DNA of 64,000 nt from TPA_inf: Saccharomyces (Eukaryota). The stretch spans positions 64,001 through 128,000 of the forward strand of contig BK006941.2 in assembly GCA_000146045.2 (NCBI GenBank), written 5' to 3'. Below the pieces are notes generated by a model. It was not told where the DNA came from. It saw nothing but the letters and a program-made list of their open reading frames with translations, and did not search any database. Each line of letters begins with the position of its first letter. Positions within the stretch are counted from its first letter, which is position 1. Made by a program: the position numbers and the translations under genes. Below, piece after piece: positions 23,981 to 34,968 of the stretch.

Positions 23981-25339
23981 ATGGCTAATACTTTCAAGTA
24001 TTATCCTGAAACGATGGGTAATTCTAGTGGTTATCCAATTAGTTTGCCTTTTCCGAAAGGTTCGGCTACTTCTGCTGTTAATGTTGCTAGGCAACTGCCT
24101 AAATATTTAGGTCATGTTCCCTCGCAATCAGTTCATACTCAGTTGCCATCCATGGCTTCTTTAGGTTACTTCAATCAGCCAAGTTCTACTTACTATGCTC
24201 CTCCTGCACCACTTCAACAGCACCAGCAACCACCTATCCTTCCCCCTCCGGGCCTAATGTACACTAGTAACAATAACAGCAACGTTATTCCTCCTCCTGT
24301 TCAAATGATTCGGGATGGACAACAACAACCACAACAATCTAACCAAGTAAATGGGGGCGTCAGTGAGAACTTGGACTACGATATTTCTATAATGTCAAAA
24401 TTTATCATGGAAAATGCCTTTGTTGCCTTCAACGCGAACTATAGTACTGATGACCAGACCACTGATCTTTTTTTCAAGGGCATATCTTCTGTGTTGAATG
24501 CCACGAGATTGCCTTCAGCTACTATTTTTTTGGCTATAGATTATCTTTTCAAGTATATCAATAAATTATCTAATGGGATACATTCAATTGGTGGCAATTC
24601 GATCAATATCATTTATCAAAATACTATGATTGCGTTCATATTAGCAAACAAGTTCAACGATGACAAAACTTTCACCAATAACTCATGGTCACAGGCAACA
24701 GGAATACTGATAAATGTTATCAATGATTTCGAGAGACAATGGTTGAGAATATTTAACTGGGAATTGTATGATAGTGCTTTTCTTTATTTTGAGTTCGTCA
24801 AGAATTTTGAGATTTTCAAGCAAAATCAACTCAAACCTGCTGTAGCGGTTCCTACGTTATTATCTCCAATTGTCAACGTTGGTGATACGAGAAACGTAAA
24901 TTTCAACTTGAAGCCTACTTCCACAAACAACCTATTATCTCCAGTTTCCAATTATGAAACCCCCATGCTGATGCCGCATAACATGTTTTCATCACCATCT
25001 TATCAGAGTAACTCAAGGTCTGAATTTTCTAGTATGAATGGTTATTATAACTATTACAACTATAATCAGCCAAGATTGAATTACTATCAACAATTCCCCA
25101 ATATATATTCTTCACCAATTTCGGAAACTCAGTTTGATTACGACTTCTACAATTTCAGTAGTCAACAACAACAGCAACAACAAAAACAACACTCACTTTT
25201 ACCTGCCGCTCCACAATTACCTCCCCCTCACGTCCATAATCAGTCTTACGGTCATCATCTTGGCTGGAAGTCAATGGATGACACAATAAATCATTCAAGA
25301 TTTGAGCGAAACTACTTTCCGTATTCGGCAGTGTATTAG
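23981..25339 (+). CDS. CLG1: Pho85 cyclin-like protein CLG1 (YGL215W), 452 aa
   Basis: 452-aa ORF MANTFKYYPETMGNSSGYPISLPFPKG... with Q/N-rich flanks and a central cyclin box. Confidence 0.8.
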   Translation: MANTFKYYPETMGNSSGYPISLPFPKGSATSAVNVARQLPKYLGHVPSQSVHTQLPSMASLGYFNQPSSTYYAPPAPLQQHQQPPILPPPGLMYTSNNNSNVIPPPVQMIRDGQQQPQQSNQVNGGVSENLDYDISIMSKFIMENAFVAFNANYSTDDQTTDLFFKGISSVLNATRLPSATIFLAIDYLFKYINKLSNGIHSIGGNSINIIYQNTMIAFILANKFNDDKTFTNNSWSQATGILINVINDFERQWLRIFNWELYDSAFLYFEFVKNFEIFKQNQLKPAVAVPTLLSPIVNVGDTRNVNFNLKPTSTNNLLSPVSNYETPMLMPHNMFSSPSYQSNSRSEFSSMNGYYNYYNYNQPRLNYYQQFPNIYSSPISETQFDYDFYNFSSQQQQQQQKQHSLLPAAPQLPPPHVHNQSYGHHLGWKSMDDTINHSRFERNYFPYSAVY

Positions 25340-26053
25340 TGAAAACTTTTTTTTCCTTATTTTTTCTTTGATCCCATCGAATTACTTTCTCTTTTGCCCA
25401 GGATCATCTTTCTAATCTATCATTTTATTATTTTCTCTCATGAGAAAACAGAATTTCGAAACAGATATAATAAAAAAATTGAAAAATTTGAAAAAAAAAA
25501 ATCTAGAAACATATTTTCCTAAAATGAAAATCGGAAGCTAACAAAATTTTTGAAAAACGAAATAAAGAAGAAAGATTATTATTATTACTTTTTTTATTAG
25601 TACTCCATATGGACCTCTTAGGTGAGTGATCTTATTAAAAAAAATAAAAAAAATAAAAAAATATGAAAAAAAAAGAAAATTAAAAACTAAACAAATTTTA
25701 TGACAGGAATAAAAACTATAAAAAATGAAAACCAAAAAAAAAAAGCACTGGATTTTTAACATCTTGTCCTTTTCTTTCCCTTTATCATTTTTTCTCATTT
25801 ACTTTGTTATTAATTTTTTTTTTCAAGTTCTCCACATATACATATGTAAGAATTGAGTCTATCTCTTTCTAATATTTAAGAAATACATAAAAAAACCAAT
25901 TTTTTTTTTTTATTACTAGCAAATTTATTTTTGTGAAGTGAAATTCATACATTGGCTTATTAAAGGTATTAAATATTACTGAAATTTTATGAACCAAAAA
26001 GAATAATGGATGATTGTAAGGTTACATGCAATATATCAAGATATTACTAGAGA

Positions 26054-27247
26054 TTATTTACCGCCAGCTTCTCTAAACCACCTGATGCTTCTATCTAAAC
26101 AAACACAGCATAAACTTTCATTTAAATCAGCTCCCATACCAGATCTCCAACCTTTTTTCAAAAACTTCACGTCAAAGACACCAGGTTCAGCTAAAGAATC
26201 TCCATGTTCATCAACAGCTAAGATATCCTCTTCAATTTCAATATCATCACAATGCATATTCAATGTAGTGATTCTTTCCTTTGTTTTTACATCCCAAAAT
26301 CTCAATTTACCATCCCATCCGGCACTGCATAATGTTTCACCAGAATCATTAAACGATAGACTCATGACCCAGCTAGAATGTGCAAATTCACCCAGACTTG
26401 CCTGCGAGCTATGGGTTGGTACGGATAAGGAGCCTATTCTTTCACCAAATTCAGTTTCATATAGAGTGATGCAACCAAATGAATTTGAATCGTGAGCAAT
26501 GGCTAATAAGGATCCTTGAGGAGAAAATTTCACCGATCTGATGGAATTCGAATTATTAATCATAGAATGCTGAGATTCAAAATTGTACAACGGGCGTAAT
26601 GTAGATAGTTCTGAAATTTGTACTGTTCCATTATTAAAACCTGTGGCAATTAGTCCTCGTTCAGAGATATCCACAGAAGTGGCAAATTGACTTGGAGTCA
26701 TAGGCGATTCGACAGTGCCTTGTAATTCTAACGTGGGGCTCCAATTTAGTGTTAAAGAATTTGACTCATCTGCAAACGGGTGAAACTTCCAAATGTAAGT
26801 GGTCCCTTTGACGTCTGTAGCAACCAGCCTATGGGAAAGTAGTCTGTCATTTGAGGCACCCCATTTTAATGCCCAAAAGGAATGCTTTTTCATGTCTGAG
26901 TCTAGAAGATCCAATTTCTCGAATATAACTTTTTTAGTCTCATCTTCTCTAGTGATACGATAGAAGAGTAAATCGCCAGAAAATGAAGTGGTAGCAACAA
27001 GGCATAATTCAAATGCATCTCTCTCAATAGCTTGCAAGACATCGACATGGTGCAATCCGGACTTATGGACAAAGTGAGAATATGACTTATCTTTTGGATT
27101 TTCATTATCTAACAGCTTATTATCCCACACCTTTAAGTAACCGTCACCTGAACAACTTACCGTAAATGAATTGCAAGCAGAAACCGAGAAAATATCAGCG
27201 TCATGAGCTTTACCTGCATTTGCTGTGGCAATAAACACTTTGGACAT
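26054..27247 (-). CDS. SKI8: WD40 protein SKI8/REC103 (YGL213C), 397 aa
   Basis: 397-aa WD-repeat ORF MSKVFIATANAGKAHDADIFSVSACNSFTVSCSGDGYLKVWDNKL... Confidence 0.85.
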   Translation of the reverse strand: MSKVFIATANAGKAHDADIFSVSACNSFTVSCSGDGYLKVWDNKLLDNENPKDKSYSHFVHKSGLHHVDVLQAIERDAFELCLVATTSFSGDLLFYRITREDETKKVIFEKLDLLDSDMKKHSFWALKWGASNDRLLSHRLVATDVKGTTYIWKFHPFADESNSLTLNWSPTLELQGTVESPMTPSQFATSVDISERGLIATGFNNGTVQISELSTLRPLYNFESQHSMINNSNSIRSVKFSPQGSLLAIAHDSNSFGCITLYETEFGERIGSLSVPTHSSQASLGEFAHSSWVMSLSFNDSGETLCSAGWDGKLRFWDVKTKERITTLNMHCDDIEIEEDILAVDEHGDSLAEPGVFDVKFLKKGWRSGMGADLNESLCCVCLDRSIRWFREAGGK

Positions 27248-27431
27248 TTTTCCAATACTTGATTAACCTCTTTTTCGTTTCTTGTCTTTATTTTAGATTT
27301 GTTTTAATATCGCCTAATTTTTCCTTCTTTACTTTATATTTTTTTTATTTTTCGCCTAAAGATTTGTATCAATTAATTAGCCAACAAAAACAAAAACAAT
27401 AAAGTCATATAAGGGTTGATAATTGATATTG

Positions 27432-28382
27432 ATGGCAGCTAATTCTGTAGGGAAAATGAGTGAAAAGTTAAGAATCAAGGTGGACGATGTTAAAATCAAC
27501 CCCAAGTATGTTTTATACGGTGTTAGTACACCAAACAAGCGCCTTTACAAAAGGTATTCCGAGTTTTGGAAACTGAAGACACGATTGGAGAGAGATGTAG
27601 GAAGCACCATCCCATATGACTTCCCTGAAAAGCCCGGTGTATTGGACAGGAGGTGGCAAAGAAGATATGATGATCCGGAAATGATCGATGAAAGACGGAT
27701 CGGACTAGAGAGGTTCCTCAATGAATTGTATAACGATCGTTTTGATTCTCGATGGAGAGACACAAAAATAGCGCAAGACTTCCTGCAGTTGTCAAAGCCA
27801 AATGTTTCTCAAGAAAAGTCACAGCAGCATCTAGAAACTGCTGACGAAGTGGGATGGGATGAGATGATAAGAGATATTAAATTGGATTTAGATAAGGAGA
27901 GTGATGGCACACCCAGCGTGCGTGGAGCACTAAGGGCACGTACGAAGCTCCACAAGTTACGAGAGCGACTAGAACAGGATGTGCAAAAGAAGTCTCTTCC
28001 AAGCACGGAAGTGACTCGTCGCGCCGCTCTATTGAGGTCCTTGCTCAAGGAATGCGATGACATTGGTACAGCAAACATAGCTCAGGACCGTGGACGACTT
28101 CTGGGGGTTGCCACCAGTGACAACTCTTCAACCACGGAAGTTCAAGGAAGAACGAATAACGATTTGCAACAGGGGCAGATGCAAATGGTGCGCGATCAAG
28201 AACAAGAGTTGGTTGCACTGCACCGAATTATCCAGGCACAACGTGGATTGGCCTTAGAGATGAACGAGGAGCTGCAAACACAGAATGAGCTACTTACAGC
28301 ACTTGAAGATGACGTCGATAACACTGGTAGGAGGTTACAGATAGCCAACAAGAAGGCTAGACATTTTAACAACAGTGCTTGA
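27432..28382 (+). CDS. VAM7: Vacuolar SNARE VAM7 (YGL212W), 316 aa (PX domain + Qc-SNARE)
   Basis: The track ORF begins 3 codons upstream (MILM...); the native start as I recall it is MAANSVGKMSEKLRIKVDD...; PX-domain N-terminus and C-terminal SNARE heptads. Confidence 0.85.
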   Translation: MAANSVGKMSEKLRIKVDDVKINPKYVLYGVSTPNKRLYKRYSEFWKLKTRLERDVGSTIPYDFPEKPGVLDRRWQRRYDDPEMIDERRIGLERFLNELYNDRFDSRWRDTKIAQDFLQLSKPNVSQEKSQQHLETADEVGWDEMIRDIKLDLDKESDGTPSVRGALRARTKLHKLRERLEQDVQKKSLPSTEVTRRAALLRSLLKECDDIGTANIAQDRGRLLGVATSDNSSTTEVQGRTNNDLQQGQMQMVRDQEQELVALHRIIQAQRGLALEMNEELQTQNELLTALEDDVDNTGRRLQIANKKARHFNNSA

Positions 28383-28511
28383 ATTAATGAGTTACTATCC
28401 GGGTTACAAATCCTGAGAGTATATTTGTACTAAAAAAAAAAATTGTAAATCTAGTAATTGAAAAATTTTGGCGATGAGACGATATGGTAAGAGTAAAGCA
28501 AAGGAACCGTC

Positions 28512-29591
28512 ATGTCGTTTACTGCTCCTTCAGATCCCGTCAATAAACCGACAAAAGTGAAGGTATCACAGTTGTGTGAACTATGTCATTCAAGAAAGGC
28601 TCTCATTAGAAGACCCAAAAACCTGTCTAAACTTTGCAAACAATGCTTCTGCCTCGTGTTCGAGACGGAGATCCATAACACTATTGTAGCAAATAACTTG
28701 TTTCAGAGGGGAGAAAAAGTAGCCGTGGGGGCCTCTGGTGGTAAAGACTCCACGGTGTTAGCGCATATGCTGAAGCTTCTGAATGACCGTTACGATTACG
28801 GCATTGAGATTGTACTGTTGAGTATTGACGAAGGAATCATCGGATACAGAGATGATTCCTTGGCCACGGTGAAAAGGAATCAGCAGCAGTATGGCCTTCC
28901 TTTGGAGATTTTTTCCTTTAAGGACCTCTATGATTGGACAATGGATGAGATTGTATCCGTTGCTGGTATAAGGAACAGTTGCACGTATTGTGGTGTTTTT
29001 AGAAGACAATCATTGGACCGTGGTGCTGCAAAGCTGGGCATATCTCACGTTGTCACCGGCCACAATGCAGACGATATGGCAGAGACAGTACTAATGAATA
29101 TCCTACGTGGTGACGTAGCAAGATTGGAAAAATCGACTGCGATTATCACACAAAGTAGCGGCTCTCCCATCAAGAGATCAAAACCATTTAAATATTCTTA
29201 CCAAAAGGAAATTGTCCTGTATGCGCACTACATGAAGCTGGATTATTTTTCCACTGAGTGTACCTATGCCCCAGAAGCGTTTAGGGGCACTGCGAGAGAA
29301 TACATGAAGAATCTGGAAGCAGTGAGGCCCAGTTGCATTATAGACATCATCCAAAGTGGCGAAAATTTGGCATTAAAGGCTAAAAAATCTAACGCTGGAA
29401 AGAGAGTCGTCAAATTTGTTGACGGCAATAGATGCGCTAGATGTGGATATCTGTCGTCAAATAACATTTGCAAGGCGTGCATGTTGCTGGAAGGACTGGA
29501 GAAAAGTAGAGCCCAAGTGGCAATCGAGAATGACACTTCTGCCGATGGTGCAGCCTTGAAGCTGAGAGCTCTTGAGAAACTCAGCTTTTGA
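28512..29591 (+). CDS. NCS6: tRNA 2-thiolation protein NCS6/TUC1 (YGL211W), 359 aa
   Basis: 359-aa ORF with PP-loop SGGKDS and CxxC zinc-finger motifs. Confidence 0.9.
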
Positions 29592-29791
29592 CATATATAT
29601 AGCTCGCAGTAGAAGAATGCAGCGTAACATAATATAATATAATATAGTACGGCGCGCCCTCCATTAGAACGCGCAACACAATAAAGACAAATAAAAGAAT
29701 CAGCTATAAAGCTGGCCATTGCATGGTTCGCGCTGGAAAGAGAGGAAAAGCGTGGTGATAAAGAGCGAACCAAGCATATTGTTTTCCAAGA

Positions 29792-30460
29792 ATGAGCAAC
29801 GAAGATTACGGATACGACTACGATTATTTATTTAAGATAGTTCTTATCGGCGACTCCGGTGTGGGTAAATCTAATCTGTTGTCGAGATTTACAACCGATG
29901 AATTCAACATTGAATCCAAATCCACGATTGGCGTGGAATTCGCTACAAGAACCATTGAAGTTGAAAACAAGAAGATAAAAGCACAGATTTGGGACACGGC
30001 AGGTCAAGAACGTTACAGGGCCATCACGTCTGCGTACTACCGTGGTGCTGTAGGTGCACTTATAGTGTATGATATAAGCAAATCAAGTTCATACGAAAAT
30101 TGCAACCACTGGCTTACCGAACTGAGAGAGAACGCAGATGACAACGTGGCTGTTGGGTTGATAGGGAACAAATCAGATCTGGCTCATTTAAGAGCAGTAC
30201 CAACCGATGAAGCGAAAAATTTCGCAATGGAAAACCAAATGTTATTTACTGAGACAAGTGCTTTAAATAGTGATAATGTAGATAAAGCATTTAGAGAACT
30301 GATCGTAGCCATCTTCCAAATGGTAAGCAAACATCAAGTAGACTTAAGCGGGTCGGGTACCAACAACATGGGCTCTAATGGCGCTCCAAAGGGTCCTACC
30401 ATCAGCTTAACACCGGCACCAAAGGAAGACAAGAAGAAAAAATCCAGCAACTGTTGTTAA
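29792..30460 (+). CDS. YPT32: Rab GTPase YPT32 (YGL210W), 222 aa
   Basis: 222-aa ORF with [22 protein letters not shown]-terminal CC prenylation motif. Confidence 0.9.
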
Positions 30461-31857
30461 AAATTTTGTGCCCTACTAAGGTCGCATGGTTTCATGCATA
30501 TTCTGTCTACATATAACCCCCGTTAATAATGCTTTTATAAATATAATCAATTACATATACCTTCCCAAGTTATTTATTACTAACCTTCGTTGCACGCAAG
30601 AAAAAATGTATTAACGTACATACATTTTCTAAATAGACCTTTCCTGACGCCTGCATTTTGCAATAGCCGAAGATAAGAATATGATTTTTTTTTTACGATT
30701 TAAATATTCTGTTGTTGTGCAGTCTAAAAACACACGTGTATGTTTTTTTCCGCACGCATGAGCAGAATTAGACGGTTTTATAAACGTTCGCTCTGTGTAT
30801 TTCACGTACCTTCCCGGATACAAATTTCGTCATGGTTTATATTGGAAGTTTTTCCGAAATTGCGGGTTTTGAAGGTTTATCCGAGACGACGTGAGGGGTA
30901 GGCAGGAGAAGGAAGGCTGTTTACGTACGCAAGGATGGGGTACGACAATGATTCAATTTCTGTTGCTAAGTTTTTTGTTATTTTTTCATATTGGCCTACT
31001 CATCTTTGATATCATTATTTTTTCGAATCTACATTAGAGCGTGTTTCGGAAAACAAACTCGCTCGATACAGTAATTGCGTTTTATTTACGGAAATTACCG
31101 TTCTCGGTTCCAAGAAGGTTAGAAAAATCGGTTGTCGCTCTTTCTTTCCCCCACTTGTAAAAACAAAGAAAGTATAAAATAGTTTATGGCCCTTAAGGCA
31201 GGCCTTGTTGAATTTGAGCTATACCTACCCCAATGATAGTTCTGTGGTAGTTTGTTTGAATATGTAATATGAGAAGCACGATGGCAAACGATAATCTTCA
31301 CTGAGCTGATTTACGAGCGACCATCATCTCCACGGTGCGAATTAATAAGCTGTGGCGATGTGCTGTAGTTGCCCTATCGCCCCTGCGGAGCTTGCGTCAA
31401 CTAGCTCTCCCCTTTCCCCATTGAAGTTAGCGTATTACCATCAGTTAATGATTGATAGGCTCATACGAAGAAGAAAAAAAGCCGGGATAAGAAACCCCGC
31501 CTCCACTTTTTTGGCTCATCCGAAAATTTATCCGCGGAGACATCCACGGAGCACCCGCAAAACTGAAGTAATAACTCTAAATTATATGCCGCTGAGAAAA
31601 ATCTCGTACGAGGATACGGTAAATAATCCGTGCGAGAAAGTTTTTCCGAAAATCATTCCCGGTCAAAAGCGTTTCTGGTATATAAGCGATTGGGAAACCC
31701 GTCTATAATACGTAGTAACTTACGATCTGCCTGTCAAATTGTGTGCTTGTCCTTGTACTATTACCATTGTGTAGCTTATCTTAACTCTCAATTAAGTTTT
31801 AACTCACGCTAAGACTATTGACCTCGAGAACAAACAAAATAAAAATAAAAAAAGAGA

Positions 31858-33006
31858 ATGCCTAAAAAGCAAACGAATTTCCCAGTAGATAACGAAAACA
31901 GACCTTTTAGATGTGATACCTGTCACCGTGGTTTCCATCGGTTAGAACATAAAAAGAGACACTTGAGAACACACACTGGGGAAAAACCTCATCATTGCGC
32001 ATTTCCTGGTTGTGGGAAAAGTTTCAGTAGAAGCGATGAACTGAAAAGGCACATGAGAACGCATACAGGGCAATCTCAAAGGAGATTGAAGAAAGCTAGC
32101 GTACAGAAACAGGAGTTTTTGACAGTAAGCGGAATTCCTACCATTGCATCGGGCGTGATGATACACCAACCAATACCGCAAGTCCTACCAGCAAATATGG
32201 CCATAAATGTTCAGGCAGTAAATGGAGGTAACATTATACACGCTCCCAATGCGGTGCACCCAATGGTGATACCAATCATGGCCCAACCAGCCCCCATTCA
32301 TGCCTCCGCTGCATCTTTCCAGCCTGCAACTTCTCCTATGCCAATTTCTACATACACTCCAGTTCCATCGCAATCATTCACCTCTTTCCAGAGCTCTATT
32401 GGCTCCATACAGTCAAATAGTGATGTTTCATCTATCTTCTCGAACATGAATGTTCGCGTAAACACTCCACGCTCTGTGCCAAACTCTCCGAATGATGGAT
32501 ATTTACACCAGCAACATATCCCACAGCAGTATCAGCATCAAACTGCCAGCCCTTCTGTTGCCAAGCAGCAGAAAACTTTTGCACATTCTCTTGCATCTGC
32601 ATTATCTACCTTACAAAAAAGAACGCCTGTAAGTGCCCCTTCCACCACTATAGAATCACCATCCTCACCAAGTGATTCCAGTCATACCTCTGCATCCAGC
32701 AGCGCTATCTCTTTGCCTTTCAGCAATGCTCCTTCTCAGCTCGCCGTGGCCAAAGAACTTGAGTCCGTCTATTTAGATTCCAATAGATACACCACCAAGA
32801 CTAGGAGGGAAAGAGCAAAATTCGAAATTCCTGAAGAACAAGAAGAAGATACCAATAACAGCAGCAGTGGTAGTAATGAGGAGGAGCACGAGTCGCTAGA
32901 TCATGAATCTAGCAAAAGCCGAAAGAAATTGTCAGGCGTAAAATTGCCGCCTGTACGTAACCTACTGAAACAAATTGATGTTTTCAACGGTCCCAAAAGA
33001 GTTTAA
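31858..33006 (+). CDS. MIG2: C2H2 zinc-finger glucose repressor MIG2 (YGL209W), 382 aa
   Basis: 382-aa ORF with two N-terminal C2H2 fingers ([53 protein letters not shown]). Confidence 0.9.
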   Translation: MPKKQTNFPVDNENRPFRCDTCHRGFHRLEHKKRHLRTHTGEKPHHCAFPGCGKSFSRSDELKRHMRTHTGQSQRRLKKASVQKQEFLTVSGIPTIASGVMIHQPIPQVLPANMAINVQAVNGGNIIHAPNAVHPMVIPIMAQPAPIHASAASFQPATSPMPISTYTPVPSQSFTSFQSSIGSIQSNSDVSSIFSNMNVRVNTPRSVPNSPNDGYLHQQHIPQQYQHQTASPSVAKQQKTFAHSLASALSTLQKRTPVSAPSTTIESPSSPSDSSHTSASSSAISLPFSNAPSQLAVAKELESVYLDSNRYTTKTRRERAKFEIPEEQEEDTNNSSSGSNEEEHESLDHESSKSRKKLSGVKLPPVRNLLKQIDVFNGPKRV

Positions 33007-33337
33007 CCTTTACGGCCCCTTTTTATCTCACCATTTTTCCTCTAACGAACTGTCATGAAACAACTTAGCATATAACGCGTACTTACATAGATAGATTAAA
33101 TAGATAACCATGCATATCACTAACTAGCATCGTCATGAATAGCACGTTTACCTATACGAATTGCGGCCGGCATGGTCTTTTATATTGCTCCCTTGGACCG
33201 AGTAAAGATTTACCTTGCGTTTTCGGATCGTCAAAATCTTTTAGGGAAAGGATAAATACACCACAAGATTCCTGGGAAATGAAAAGTATCTGAAATAATT
33301 GTGCTTTTGGAAGGGTACTGAGAGCAGTGAAGTTTCT

Positions 33338-34585
33338 ATGGGTACTACGACAAGTCATCCAGCCCAAAAAAAGCAAACAACAAAAAAGTGTCGTGCACCT
33401 ATCATGAGTGACGTTAGAGAAAAACCCAGCAATGCTCAAGGCTGCGAACCGCAAGAAATGGATGCTGTGAGCAAGAAAGTTACTGAACTGAGCTTAAATA
33501 AATGTTCAGATTCCCAAGACGCGGGGCAGCCTTCAAGGGAGGGATCTATTACCAAAAAAAAATCGACGTTATTGCTGCGTGATGAGGACGAGCCCACTAT
33601 GCCAAAGCTATCTGTTATGGAAACTGCTGTGGACACTGACTCTGGGTCTTCGTCTACTAGCGATGATGAAGAGGGAGATATTATTGCCCAGACGACAGAG
33701 CCCAAGCAAGATGCCAGTCCTGATGATGATCGCTCAGGCCATTCTTCGCCCAGAGAGGAGGGACAACAGCAAATACGTGCCAAAGAAGCTTCGGGAGGTC
33801 CAAGTGAAATCAAGAGCTCATTAATGGTTCCCGTGGAGATAAGGTGGCAGCAAGGTGGTTCAAAAGTTTACGTGACAGGCTCATTCACCAAATGGAGGAA
33901 AATGATCGGTTTGATACCTGATTCTGACAATAATGGCTCATTTCATGTGAAGCTAAGGCTGCTTCCAGGCACACATAGATTCAGATTTATAGTGGATAAT
34001 GAGCTTAGAGTTAGTGATTTCCTGCCCACAGCAACTGATCAGATGGGAAACTTCGTCAATTACATAGAAGTCAGGCAACCAGAAAAAAACCCAACTAACG
34101 AAAAGATAAGGTCCAAGGAAGCAGATTCCATGCGACCTCCCACCAGCGATCGATCCTCAATTGCTCTACAAATTGGTAAGGATCCAGACGATTTTGGTGA
34201 CGGATATACAAGGTTTCATGAAGATCTGTCACCCAGACCTCCGTTGGAATATACAACAGACATTCCCGCCGTGTTTACTGACCCGTCTGTCATGGAACGA
34301 TACTATTATACCTTGGATCGTCAGCAAAGCAATACTGATACGTCATGGCTGACACCACCCCAATTACCTCCTCAGTTGGAGAATGTTATCTTGAATAAAT
34401 ACTATGCCACGCAAGACCAGTTCAACGAGAACAACTCAGGCGCTCTGCCCATTCCGAACCATGTGGTGCTTAACCACTTGGTTACTAGTAGCATTAAGCA
34501 CAATACACTTTGTGTAGCCTCCATCGTTCGATATAAACAGAAATATGTCACCCAGATTCTTTATACGCCCATAGAGTCCTCGTAA
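33338..34585 (+). CDS. SIP2: SNF1 kinase beta subunit SIP2 (YGL208W), 415 aa, N-myristoylation motif MGTTTS
   Basis: The track ORF (428 aa) has an in-frame Met 13 codons upstream; the start as I recall it is MGTTTSHPAQKK... at 33338 with a glycogen-binding-type domain and C-terminal ASC domain. Confidence 0.85.
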   Translation: MGTTTSHPAQKKQTTKKCRAPIMSDVREKPSNAQGCEPQEMDAVSKKVTELSLNKCSDSQDAGQPSREGSITKKKSTLLLRDEDEPTMPKLSVMETAVDTDSGSSSTSDDEEGDIIAQTTEPKQDASPDDDRSGHSSPREEGQQQIRAKEASGGPSEIKSSLMVPVEIRWQQGGSKVYVTGSFTKWRKMIGLIPDSDNNGSFHVKLRLLPGTHRFRFIVDNELRVSDFLPTATDQMGNFVNYIEVRQPEKNPTNEKIRSKEADSMRPPTSDRSSIALQIGKDPDDFGDGYTRFHEDLSPRPPLEYTTDIPAVFTDPSVMERYYYTLDRQQSNTDTSWLTPPQLPPQLENVILNKYYATQDQFNENNSGALPIPNHVVLNHLVTSSIKHNTLCVASIVRYKQKYVTQILYTPIESS

Positions 34586-34968
34586 TCCGGGATTCCTACT
34601 TTTTAAAGGCGTATTGTATATATTTTTGGCAGCTATGGCACACTAATTTCTATTTCCAATTTAGTGTAAGCAGAGATATAGAAGCATATAACATAATGAT
34701 TTACTAATGGGCTCAGTACTCTCAATGCTTATTGTTATCACAAACCACGATACTAATACCCGGAAGTCGCGTGATCTTTTTTTTTTTCGGAAAATGAGAA
34801 TCGCCACTTTTCTAACGAAAGAATATTGAAATCTTAATATTGGTGAGAAGAGGAATAAAAGTAGCTAAGAGAGTCACGGGACTAAAAGGTAAAAAGTTCA
34901 GCTATTCCAACTTTACTCCTTTCTGATATTGCACCTTTCGTGAACTGGCTTCGTGTATTTAAGTGAAT

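Noticed and set aside
26010-26495. 161-aa plus-strand ORF
   Set aside because: It is antisense to the SKI8 3' coding region and is a typical dubious overlapping ORF.
29652-29659. GGCGCGCC (AscI) 8-mers here and at 58509
   Set aside because: Two occurrences of a GC-rich palindromic octamer in 64 kb is unremarkable, and there is no associated structure.
29264-29773. 169-aa minus-strand ORF spanning the NCS6 3' end and the YPT32 promoter
   Set aside because: It is antisense to NCS6 coding sequence and runs through an intergenic region; it has no recognisable domain and biased composition.
31352-31708. 118-aa ORF in the MIG2 upstream region
   Set aside because: It sits in a promoter region with GC-rich regulatory motifs. 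It has Arg-rich low complexity and no codon-usage signal I can discern. It could only be settled by ribosome profiling.
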